Shown here: positions 19,841 through 28,538 of the stretch, one piece after another
How positions within the stretch are numbered: position 1 is the first letter of the stretch
How the letters are laid out: each line of letters begins with the position of its first letter
Assembly: GCA_038841535.1 (NCBI GenBank)
Contig: JAWBTQ010000002.1
Span: forward strand, 1-64,000
Source: Sulfolobales archaeon
GTDB lineage: Archaea; Thermoproteota; Thermoprotei_A; Sulfolobales; NBVN01
Reading direction: 5' to 3'
Length of the DNA stretch: 64,000 bases
Program-made: the position numbers and the translations under genes
The notes under the pieces: model-generated
Database searches by the model: none
The model's input: only the letters and a program-made list of their open reading frames with translations
What the model was told of the DNA's origin: nothing

Positions 19841-21004
19841 TTGAGCACAAAACCTCTAACGCCCATAATAGCAGTCTTAATCGTTCTAGTAGTTATCGCA
19901 GGTATCGGTGGCTACTTTGCCGGCTCATCGGCAGCACCGCAACCAGTTACAGTAACCGTGGGGACTGGAGGGCTAGTCACGCAGACTGTCACGGCTTTAC
20001 AGACGATAACGGCTTTTCAAACAGTAACGGTACAGCCAACTCCACCCCCAACACAGGTAATAGAGCTCCATACAGCAACCCACATGCCTCCGAATCCTTG
20101 TACTTTGAACGAGTGGGGCGAGTGCAACGATCATAACATGATACACAAGATATTCAAGACTCTAGTAGAGGGCTGGACAGGCGGTCGAGTTAAGGTGATT
20201 ATACATACAGCAGCAGAACTTGGTGCTGAAAGAGACAACGTCGAGCATGTGAGAACCGGCACGATCTTCATGACTACGACCTCCGTGTCAGTGCTTTCTG
20301 CTTACACTAAAAAGTTACTGTTCTTCGACACCCCGGGACTCTTCCAAAACCTAGAGGAGTACTGGGCTTTCGCTCAGTCCGATGTTTGTGCTAAAAGGTT
20401 GCAGGAAGCTGCTGCAGAGATCGGCAATGTCATTATTCTGGGTCCGTCGTATTATGGGCAAAGGTGGTTCGCCACAGTAAAGAAGCCTATAAACTCAATT
20501 GAAGATATCAAGGGCATTAAAGTTAGGGTTATTCAGAGTCCAATAGTGGTTGATGCCGCAACGGCGTTAGGCTTCATCGCGGTGCCAATGCCTTACACCG
20601 AGATAGCTACAGCACTACAGACTGGAACGATAGAGGGTCATGACCAGGACCTTACAGGATACATGGCCTCAAGGTGGTATGAGATTGAGCGCTATCTTGC
20701 AGTGTTTCCGTGGATGATAGGAACTCACGTAATCTTAATAAACAAACAACAGTTTGAAGCCTTACCCGCAGACATACAGAGTGCTATACTTACTGCTCTA
20801 AAGGTGGCTATGCAGATTAAGAACACCTGGGACGTCCTATATGAACAAATAGCTCTCGATAAGCTGAAGAAACTGATGCTCGCAGTAACATTCCCTGACC
20901 CAGCGCCATTCTTAAAGATATACGAGCAGTTCATAGAGTCCAAAAAGAGTGACATAGGAGAAGATGTAATTAATTGGCTGAAGAACTTTAGAGCTAGTAA
21001 GTAA
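19841..21004 (+). CDS. dctP: TRAP transporter substrate-binding protein (DctP)
   Basis: N-terminal membrane anchor and Thr/Val-rich linker; LG.E, DIKGIKVRV (conserved carboxylate-binding Arg) and EIATALQTG motifs. Confidence 0.9.
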   Translation: MSTKPLTPIIAVLIVLVVIAGIGGYFAGSSAAPQPVTVTVGTGGLVTQTVTALQTITAFQTVTVQPTPPPTQVIELHTATHMPPNPCTLNEWGECNDHNMIHKIFKTLVEGWTGGRVKVIIHTAAELGAERDNVEHVRTGTIFMTTTSVSVLSAYTKKLLFFDTPGLFQNLEEYWAFAQSDVCAKRLQEAAAEIGNVIILGPSYYGQRWFATVKKPINSIEDIKGIKVRVIQSPIVVDAATALGFIAVPMPYTEIATALQTGTIEGHDQDLTGYMASRWYEIERYLAVFPWMIGTHVILINKQQFEALPADIQSAILTALKVAMQIKNTWDVLYEQIALDKLKKLMLAVTFPDPAPFLKIYEQFIESKKSDIGEDVINWLKNFRASK

Positions 21005-21033
21005 ATAACGCCGAAGTAGTAGGGGAGTAGAGG

Positions 21034-21528
21034 ATGCGCACAACAGTAAGCAAGCTTATACCTTTTTTTGACAGGGTCCTTCTCTCGGTCGAGTTTTCTA
21101 CTTCCTTCCTGGGGTTGTTACTTATAGTCTTCTTAGTCTACGTAGGCATAGCTAGATATTTCTTTCAGACGGCCACTCCATACGAGGAGGAATTCTCCCT
21201 ACTAATACATCTATGGATGGTGAACTTAGGTATGTCTTTAGTAATTAGGCAGGGAGATCATGTCGCGACAAAGATACTTTATGACAGAGTGGCTACCCTT
21301 AGGAGGATAGGTAGAGTCTATAGACTGTTCGTAGAATTACTAAAGATCTCGTTTATAGTGTTAATGCTCTGGTTCCTATACCAGACATTTCCTCTTTTAA
21401 CGCGCGCTGTTACAGAGTACATGAGGTGGCCTTTCGCAGCTTATTACTCAGCAATCGTTGCTGGCTTAATGTTTATGCTCGTAAGGTACATCCTACAGGC
21501 CATGAGCATCTGTATAGGTGATAAATAA
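21034..21528 (+). CDS. dctQ: TRAP transporter small permease (DctQ)
   Basis: About 4 TM segments with RY.F, EE and H motifs; lies between dctP and dctM. Confidence 0.85.
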   Translation: MRTTVSKLIPFFDRVLLSVEFSTSFLGLLLIVFLVYVGIARYFFQTATPYEEEFSLLIHLWMVNLGMSLVIRQGDHVATKILYDRVATLRRIGRVYRLFVELLKISFIVLMLWFLYQTFPLLTRAVTEYMRWPFAAYYSAIVAGLMFMLVRYILQAMSICIGDK

Positions 21529-22847
21529 TGCTAGGAATAGAGCCTCCTACACTTGCTACAGTCTCCTTCTTTGTGGTGTTCTTCGCTCTCGCATTTACCG
21601 GTATACCTTTAGCGATAGCCTTGGGATTAAGTAGCTTAGTAGTTACAGCCATAGTCGGCACAGTTTATCCCTATCTTATTGTAAAGGCTTTTTACCAGCC
21701 CTTCAGCTCTTTTGCGTTAATAGCTATATTTCTCTTTGTGTTCATGGGTGTAGTATTTCAGAAAACTGGACTTGCGTCTCTATTAGTTCAGCTCCTCTAC
21801 CCACTCGTTGGAAGAAAGCGTTATGGAATTCCGTTCATAGGAATAATAGGGTCTGCGATATTTGGGCTATTAACAGGCTCTGCTGTAGCTACTGCTGCGA
21901 CGTTCTCATCACTCCTGGGGAGCGAAATGGAGAAGAGAAAGTACCCAAGGGAACACGTTGTAGCTGTCTTAGCCTCGGCCGGACCTCTGGGTGCACTAAT
22001 TCCACCATCTATTCCAGCACTGGTACTGTCTGTGTCTACAAACACATCGGTACTTACTAATTTCGCCGTCGTCGGTTCTTTAGGGATTGTGGCTACAATA
22101 GGCCTCCTGGTTTGGGAAGCCATCATATCAAACCGGCATAAGTACGGTGAGGTTGACACGACTAAGTATCCAGCTAAGAGCATAGTTGCGAATGTACTCA
22201 AGGCGTTACCTCTGCTATCCGTTCCACTCGGAGTTCTGGGGAGTATTTACACGGGTCTTCTCTCGGTAAGTGAGGCCGGCGCTATTGGAGGGCTCATATC
22301 CCTAGTCTTAGCGATAGCTTATAGAAGGTTGAACTTTAGAGTTTTATGCGATATACTCATAACTTCGGCTGCGACCACTGCTTCAGTATTCTTCCTGATA
22401 TCAACCTCATACATGCTAAGCTATGTGTGGAGTATGTCTAAAGTCTATTTAGTACTCAACAGTATGCTGGTATCGGTCAGCAGGCTCTCTCCTCTGCTAA
22501 CACTTCTACTTATTGTAATACTGCTGTTAATACTGGGGATGTTCTTGGACTTAATAATTTTCAACATAACGCTGGCACCGGTGATTGCCGCAGTACTCCG
22601 ACCCATGGGTATAAACCCATATCACGTTAACGCTCTCTTTGCCTTAGGGAACTTAATTGGAACAGTGACACCTCCGATAGGTACGGTACTTTTCACTACA
22701 GTTAAAGCTATTGGTAGCAACATCGATTCTAAGATCATAAAAGAAGCCTGGGTGATGTTGGTGCCCTACTTAATATTATACCTCCTACTAGTAGTCGTTC
22801 CAGACATAGCACTGTGGTTACCTAAGTTACTTGGCTTACCACTATAG
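21528..22847 (+). CDS. dctM: TRAP transporter large permease (DctM)
   Basis: TGSAVA, LIPPSI, SEAGA and TPPIG motifs; highly hydrophobic. Confidence 0.92.
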   Translation: MLGIEPPTLATVSFFVVFFALAFTGIPLAIALGLSSLVVTAIVGTVYPYLIVKAFYQPFSSFALIAIFLFVFMGVVFQKTGLASLLVQLLYPLVGRKRYGIPFIGIIGSAIFGLLTGSAVATAATFSSLLGSEMEKRKYPREHVVAVLASAGPLGALIPPSIPALVLSVSTNTSVLTNFAVVGSLGIVATIGLLVWEAIISNRHKYGEVDTTKYPAKSIVANVLKALPLLSVPLGVLGSIYTGLLSVSEAGAIGGLISLVLAIAYRRLNFRVLCDILITSAATTASVFFLISTSYMLSYVWSMSKVYLVLNSMLVSVSRLSPLLTLLLIVILLLILGMFLDLIIFNITLAPVIAAVLRPMGINPYHVNALFALGNLIGTVTPPIGTVLFTTVKAIGSNIDSKIIKEAWVMLVPYLILYLLLVVVPDIALWLPKLLGLPL

Positions 22848-22970
22848 GCTTAACTGACTTTTACTTTAAGCCGCCATCCAGCCCAGCTATTTTAAAATCT
22901 ATAATGCGATTACGATTTAAAATATCAACCATATTGCGGCAAAGCTTTAAAGTAGGAGCTTGAGTAGAAT

Positions 22971-23885
22971 GTGGTGAATGCTTTGAAAGAAGTAGAATTG
23001 AAACTTATGGATCTCCCAGATGCTGTGAGGAGGTTTATTGTGGATGGATCGCACATCGCTATGGCTGGCTTTGCCATCACTAGGAACGCTATGGCCATAG
23101 CTCACGAAATTATAAGGCATGGTAGGCGCGGCTTGATCGTATCTGAGTCTATTGGCGATATGGCACTTGACCTAATGGTTGGAGCAGGAGTAGTTAAAGA
23201 AGTAAACTACGGTGGCGGGTCCCTAGACAGGCTTGGTAGGATAGATTGCGTTAATAGAGCTATAGTAGAGAAAAGAATCAGGGTCAATGAGTACAGTAAC
23301 TTTTCTATGGTTTCTAAGTTCTTGGGTGGAGCTTTAGGACTCACGTTCATGCCAACCAAGTCCATGATAGAATCCGATATGTTTAAAATACTCAAGGATC
23401 GAGGTGAGGCAACCGAGATAGTCTGCCCATTTACGGGAGAGAAATACATCGCATTAAAGACCCTTAGACCTGATGTAGCCATTATACATGCTCAAGCAGC
23501 TGACACAGATGGCAACATATACATTCACGGTCCTAAGTTCGATATAAAGGAAGTAGCTTTTGCCAGCAATAGGGTTGTAGTTACCGTCGAGGAAGTAGTA
23601 CCTAAAGATAGAATTAGTCATGACCTGATATATATCCCGAGCTATCGTGTTGACGCTATCGTACCGCGGCCCTTTGGTGCTTATCCGACTAACCTATACG
23701 GGTATTATTATCACGATGAGGAACACATAAGGTCTTACGCTAGAACCCAGTGCGAAGATGAGCCTTTTAGAAAGTACTTAGAGGATCACGTTCTAGGCGT
23801 TGACAGCTTCGACGAGTTTCTTAGAAAAACGGTTAGCCCGGAAAAGATGCTGAGGCTAATATACTTAGCTAAAACTCTAGTGTAG
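22971..23885 (+). CDS. Family I CoA-transferase subunit A (glutaconate/3-oxoadipate CoA-transferase-like)
   Basis: HEIIR, CPFTGE, PDVAIIHAQAAD.DGN, VTVEEVV and PFGAYPT motifs. Confidence 0.9.
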   Translation: MVNALKEVELKLMDLPDAVRRFIVDGSHIAMAGFAITRNAMAIAHEIIRHGRRGLIVSESIGDMALDLMVGAGVVKEVNYGGGSLDRLGRIDCVNRAIVEKRIRVNEYSNFSMVSKFLGGALGLTFMPTKSMIESDMFKILKDRGEATEIVCPFTGEKYIALKTLRPDVAIIHAQAADTDGNIYIHGPKFDIKEVAFASNRVVVTVEEVVPKDRISHDLIYIPSYRVDAIVPRPFGAYPTNLYGYYYHDEEHIRSYARTQCEDEPFRKYLEDHVLGVDSFDEFLRKTVSPEKMLRLIYLAKTLV

Positions 23886-23895
23886 GTGGTACGCC

Positions 23896-24648
23896 TTGGG
23901 ATACACCCCAGAGGAACTTATGGTTGTTACTGGAGCTAGAGAAATAAAGGATGGAGACAACGTATTAGTAGGAATAGGTCTGCCAATGGCGTGTGCCATT
24001 CTCGCTAAAAAGACACATGCCCCTCGAGCTAACATATTCTTTGAAAACGGAGTAGTGAATCCAGAGTCTACGGACTATGGAGTCGGATTAGCAGACCTTA
24101 AGGCCTGGGCTGGCTCGAGCTACTTTACTGGGGCAGTCGAGGTTCTAGGCTTTATGCTTCAGGGAGGTAGAATAGACGTCGGATTCGTCGGTGTGCTCGA
24201 AGTAGACATGTATGGCAACGTTAATTCCTCACTGGTTAGTGCTGGTGGTAAGCTCAGACACTTTACTGGCAGTGGAGGTGGTAACGACATAGTTTCTTCA
24301 GCTAGAAAAGTGATAGTAGTTACGAGACACGAAGTGAGAAAGTTGCCGGAAAGAGTATTCTTTATCACATCAGCAGGATACGTTAACGGAATGGATAGAG
24401 CAGCTCTAGGTATACGTGGGGGAGATATAATAGTTATATCAAACATGGCTGTTCTCAGGTTCGATAAAATGATGAAGAGAATGACTATAAGGAGTATTCA
24501 CCCAGGAATTACTGTCGAAGAAGTCGTCAACAACACCGGTTTCCCGGTGGAGCTGCCAGAAAAAATACACACTACCCCTGAGCCTACGGACAACGAGCTA
24601 AGAATTCTAAGAGAAAAAATACCTAAGTCCCTCTACGCTAGAGAGTAG
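23896..24648 (+). CDS. Family I CoA-transferase subunit B
   Basis: VGIGLP, FENG (catalytic Glu), D.YGNVN, GSGGGND, HPG and NTGF motifs. Confidence 0.9.
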   Translation: MGYTPEELMVVTGAREIKDGDNVLVGIGLPMACAILAKKTHAPRANIFFENGVVNPESTDYGVGLADLKAWAGSSYFTGAVEVLGFMLQGGRIDVGFVGVLEVDMYGNVNSSLVSAGGKLRHFTGSGGGNDIVSSARKVIVVTRHEVRKLPERVFFITSAGYVNGMDRAALGIRGGDIIVISNMAVLRFDKMMKRMTIRSIHPGITVEEVVNNTGFPVELPEKIHTTPEPTDNELRILREKIPKSLYARE

Positions 24649-24924
24649 CTGGCGAAATCCTCACAGCTTTTTAATCTATAACTCTACGTAGCACGTCTCT
24701 TTCGATCTTCGTCTATCGACATACCCCCAGGGAAGTAGACAGCGAACTACGTCAATACAGAACTTCCTATAGCTCTAGCTCTATCTTTGAGGAGTACGTC
24801 TATGGATCCTTCTGTTCTCTGCCTTTACTAGTGAGCCCTGTAGTCACACCCTCGACTATGGGGGCCATCTCCGCAATTAGGGGGGAAGACCGAGTAGAGG
24901 AAGCCCTCGAGTAGCATCGACGGA

Positions 24925-25146
24925 TACCTATGGGCGACTAGGACCTCCTCGAACTCCCAGGGGGTTATTAGGGACAGTAGCTTCATCAGCTTACTTTTGT
25001 CGACTGCAGTAAGACCTTTCTCAGGCCTCCGCATCGCCACCTTAGATACCTCCAGCGCCTCCCGGACCCTGCTCCTGCCCAGCTTGTCCACTGCGTGTAG
25101 CAGTAGCTTCTCCCTATTCTCCTACGAGACCTTCCACGGGTTTAGG
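24925..25146 (-). pseudogene. Decayed N-terminal (HTH) fragment of a crenarchaeal tyrosine integrase
   Basis: The minus frame reads LNPWKVS*ENREKLLLHAVDKLGRSRVREALEVSKVAMRR...LLSLITPWEFEEVL with an internal stop. It resembles the HTH-bearing N-terminus of Thermoproteota integrases and lies ~120 nt from a tRNA 3' end. No catalytic domain follows. Confidence 0.5.
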
Positions 25147-25268
25147 CTCTCGAACTACACCGACCGTTATCATACCTATGAAGAGTTACTGCTCTACATA
25201 AAACATCTCATGGTTGCGAGGGAAACCGTGAAACGATGGCTTTATGAGTAATCAGCCCCCATGGGGTG

Positions 25269-25346
25269 TGGCGGGCCCGCCGGGATTTGAACCCGGGACC
25301 TCCGGCTCCGAAGGCCGGTGCCCTATCCTGGCTGGGCCACGGGCCC
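25269..25346 (-). tRNA. tRNA-Arg, anticodon TCG, intron-less, CCA encoded
   Basis: Reverse complement GGGCCCGTGGCCCAGCCAGGATAGGGCACCGGCCTTCGGAGCCGGAGGTCCCGGGTTCAAATCCCGGCGGGCCCGCCA; anticodon arm CCGGC-CTTCGGA-GCCGG; T-loop TTCAAAT. Confidence 0.97.
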
Positions 25347-25534
25347 AACTTCTGTTTATAGCGTGTTTACTAAGTAAAAAGTTCTAATGGTGTAGTTTAT
25401 GAGGGTAATAGAGACCCCAAGATCGCAGCCATCAAGTTAACTCTGTAGATAGTTGGTTGTTAAGAAATATAGTAATCTACAAATAAGAGGTTGGTTATTA
25501 GTTACCTGCTCTACTTGAGTTTGGAGTAGACACA

Positions 25535-27115
25535 GTGATGAAGGTACTACTCGTATCAACGCAGTCTGCGTACCGGACTGTCTTAGAGATAGTTAAGGGA
25601 TTGACCCAGAATTACGTGGTAGACGTATATCCTTCCAAAGCTATAGTAGCTCAGTTCACTACATGCGAGGAGCTAGCTAAAGAGCTGCGAGCTTGGCTAG
25701 GTAGATGTTCTTATGATTATGTCGTCATTCCCGGACTAGTTCGGGGCTCGGCAAAAGTCATCGAGGATGCTATTGGGTGTAGGGTTTACAAGGGGTCGAA
25801 GTACGCCGGTGATATACCTCAAGTGCTGCGGCTTCTGAGTGGAGGAATCGAGCTGAGTAAAGAGATTCCGGCTGACGAGCTATACGATAACATCTTCACA
25901 GCTAGCTTACAGCAGCTGTACTACTCCCAAGTTTCCTCTAAAAAGCCTTACTTCGAGATCGGTGGAGTTGGGCTATACCTAGACCCACCTCCCATTAGGC
26001 TACTGCTTGAGGTATTAGTCTCAAGCAGAGAATTTGAAGAAAAAATCTCGAGAGCTATTGAAGCAGGTTTTGATGGAGTCGTTATCGGATGCGAGAGTAG
26101 GTGTAACACGGTATTGCTCAGTAAATACGTAGATAGAGCTAGAGAGCTAATAAGTGAAGGCATCATCGGGATCGACGTCGCTAGACCTGCTGAGCTACCG
26201 GTAGATGTCTTTGAAAGTGTTAACCTACTGTTTAACGTAGCGTACACAGATATCGGCAGGGTAAGTAAGAGTATAGGTCGAAGCGGTGGAGTAGTGGTAA
26301 TACCTTCAACTGTTGAGAGCTTAGAAGAGTCGTTGCGCAGCATCGAGAGTGCTATTTCGATGCTGAAAGAGATAGGGATAAACAATATAGTCGTAGACCC
26401 CCTCTTGAGACCTCCTGGAACCGGTTTCATGGAGTCTCTGGTCAGGTTCTATAATTCGAGAATGCGAATAAGCTACCCCCATCTTTTCAGCACTGCTAAC
26501 ATCTACGAGATGATCGACGCTGATAGCCACGGAGTTATAGCCCTACTAATGAGCATGGCGATGGAGTTAGGTGCTTCAGTAGTTTTAGCAACTGAGGAGA
26601 GCACTAAGACGTATGGTGCTATCGAGGAACACGCTATCGCCCGACACATGACCTACGTCTCGCACTTAAAGAAGTCACCACCTAAAGACATGCCGGGAGG
26701 GCTGGACTTGCTCATTGTCAAGAGCAAGAACTTGGGGAAACAGCATCCTCCTACATTTGAAGGCACTACTAAAGTAGTGGGAACAGTTGAGTACCAACGA
26801 GATCCCAACTACTACGTAAAAATCTACGTAAACCACTCTAGGAGAGAGATAGTGATCGACGTAGTGAGGATAGAGAGTGAGGAATTAGTAGCTAGGTTTG
26901 TTGGAAGAAGTTCAACTTCTCTAGCTAGGGCTATATTAAGAGAGTTTGAGCTATCGATTGAGCACGCAGCGTACCTTGGGTACGAGTTGGGAAAGGCAGA
27001 GCTTGCTCTAAAGCTATGGAGAGAATATGAGCAAGACTCCGAAGTACTGATAACTCCTAGAGAAAAGCTCTCTTTAAGTAGAAGTTCTCTGCTTCTTTCT
27101 CATAAAAAAGCTTAA
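25535..27115 (+). CDS. Dihydropteroate synthase-like protein (archaeal, pterin-binding barrel with DUF4346-like C-terminus)
   Basis: IPGL, VDPLL, NIYEMIDADSHG, TEES.K, PPKD..LDLLIVK and EHAAYLGYELGKAE motifs. Confidence 0.88.
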   Translation: MMKVLLVSTQSAYRTVLEIVKGLTQNYVVDVYPSKAIVAQFTTCEELAKELRAWLGRCSYDYVVIPGLVRGSAKVIEDAIGCRVYKGSKYAGDIPQVLRLLSGGIELSKEIPADELYDNIFTASLQQLYYSQVSSKKPYFEIGGVGLYLDPPPIRLLLEVLVSSREFEEKISRAIEAGFDGVVIGCESRCNTVLLSKYVDRARELISEGIIGIDVARPAELPVDVFESVNLLFNVAYTDIGRVSKSIGRSGGVVVIPSTVESLEESLRSIESAISMLKEIGINNIVVDPLLRPPGTGFMESLVRFYNSRMRISYPHLFSTANIYEMIDADSHGVIALLMSMAMELGASVVLATEESTKTYGAIEEHAIARHMTYVSHLKKSPPKDMPGGLDLLIVKSKNLGKQHPPTFEGTTKVVGTVEYQRDPNYYVKIYVNHSRREIVIDVVRIESEELVARFVGRSSTSLARAILREFELSIEHAAYLGYELGKAELALKLWREYEQDSEVLITPREKLSLSRSSLLLSHKKA

Positions 27116-27147
27116 TAACTCTTAAGCATGAAATTACAGGGTAGAGA

Positions 27148-27360
27148 ATGTCCGTAAGGAGAAGGGAAGCAAAAGTCAAGAAGATATCCGGCAAGAAGAA
27201 CGTTCGTGGTAAAACTTACACATACGAGTACTACACTCTTCCACTAAACCTATATATCCCCAAGTCCATGGTCGAAAAGTGGGGAGAAGACTACATAATT
27301 GAGAGAGACGAAGAAAAAGGTATGATTTTGATAAAATCAAAAAAGTCTGAGGCTAGGTAA
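27148..27360 (+). CDS. Small basic hypothetical protein (possible swapped-hairpin/AbrB-like DNA binder)
   Basis: 70 aa, Lys/Arg-rich, with YYTLPLNLYIPKSMVEKWG; own TATA-like element (CTTAATAA ~27111). Confidence 0.7.
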   Translation: MSVRRREAKVKKISGKKNVRGKTYTYEYYTLPLNLYIPKSMVEKWGEDYIIERDEEKGMILIKSKKSEAR

Positions 27361-27364
27361 AGGC

Positions 27365-27697
27365 TTGAAGGAGAGAAAAAAAGAGATACTGTTTATTTTA
27401 CTTCAGTTAGTCCCGATTGGTAAGGTAACAACTTACAGGTCATTGGCGAAGATTATGAAGACTTCCCCCAGAGCCGTGGGGAGGATGCTTAAGCAAAACG
27501 ATAAACCAGTGGTCATTCCATGCCACAGGGTAGTTAGAACTTCTGGAGACTTAGGAGGGTACACTCTAGGCGGTAAAGAAGACCGAGGGTTTAAGTTAAA
27601 GCTGCTGAAGCTGGAAGACGTTGTAATGTCTAGAGATAGAGTAAGCTCTGAGAGCCTTATTCGACTCGACGAGGTGCTTCTCGGGAGCTCTCGATAA
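27365..27697 (+). CDS. ogt: Methylated-DNA--protein-cysteine methyltransferase (MGMT, C-terminal domain only)
   Basis: GKVTTY, PRAVG, IPCHRVV active site and LGGY motifs. Confidence 0.9.
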   Translation: MKERKKEILFILLQLVPIGKVTTYRSLAKIMKTSPRAVGRMLKQNDKPVVIPCHRVVRTSGDLGGYTLGGKEDRGFKLKLLKLEDVVMSRDRVSSESLIRLDEVLLGSSR

Positions 27698-28538
27698 TGT
27701 CTTGATAGCTCCTCCTCAGTACATTAACAATGTTGCTCACTATTTTTTCAGTACTCTGAGTGCTCCGAAGATCTGCCTCAAGCTCCTTCAATATAGATTC
27801 ATCTATATTCATAACCTTTCCGAACCTCTTGATGGATGAGCTAATCACTTCTTCAAGACTCAACAGCTCTCTCTCGCTTATGGATACTTTGAGGGTCCCA
27901 AGAGCATAACTCAAGATCGCGGCTAGGGTTACATCTAAGAGTACTTCAGGGGAAGTACCGGGTAGAACCTGAGATAGAGATAACCTGGCCGAATAGCAGA
28001 GTGATGCGATGACATTCTTAGCGGATCCAAGCACACCCCTGATGTCTCTACGTGAGACTGAATCTAGGAGACGATATAGGTCTTCCTTATCTAGGTTAGC
28101 CCAGAGATCTTCGCTTAGCCTTATAGTCTCTGCTACTGCTTCTGTCGACTCCATAATTTTCCTCCAGTCAATTCCGTACCATGTTTCGTGAAGGGCTGAT
28201 GTCAGTCTTAGTACTGCGTCTATAGACGAGCTGAATGCTTTGAGTACTTGGTTAATATGGTCTATATTGGAGGGGTTCTTCAGTAAAGTAAAGTACACTA
28301 GTACCTTGGAGACTACATCTCTATCTTCCGTAACTTGTGGCTGTATCTCTATAATTCTACCGCTTACGAGCGTAGCCAGCAGCTTGCCGGATAGCTCTTC
28401 GTATGTGAGGTCTGTAATGGAGTTTAGGTCAATTCTATACGTCCTCTTAGTTCTCCGTATATAGACATTTACGTACCGGTCACCGATCTCTACTTCACAG
28501 CCAAAGAGTAATTCACCATCCCTACACAGCACTCTCAT
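27657..28538 (-). CDS. Hypothetical protein, mostly alpha-helical; third gene of an unknown operon
   Basis: Long ORF. The probable ATG at 28538 overlaps the end of the upstream gene; the 28646 start would overlap it by 125 nt. Confidence 0.75.
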   Translation of the reverse strand: MRVLCRDGELLFGCEVEIGDRYVNVYIRRTKRTYRIDLNSITDLTYEELSGKLLATLVSGRIIEIQPQVTEDRDVVSKVLVYFTLLKNPSNIDHINQVLKAFSSSIDAVLRLTSALHETWYGIDWRKIMESTEAVAETIRLSEDLWANLDKEDLYRLLDSVSRRDIRGVLGSAKNVIASLCYSARLSLSQVLPGTSPEVLLDVTLAAILSYALGTLKVSISERELLSLEEVISSSIKRFGKVMNIDESILKELEADLRSTQSTEKIVSNIVNVLRRSYQDIIESSREAPRRVE

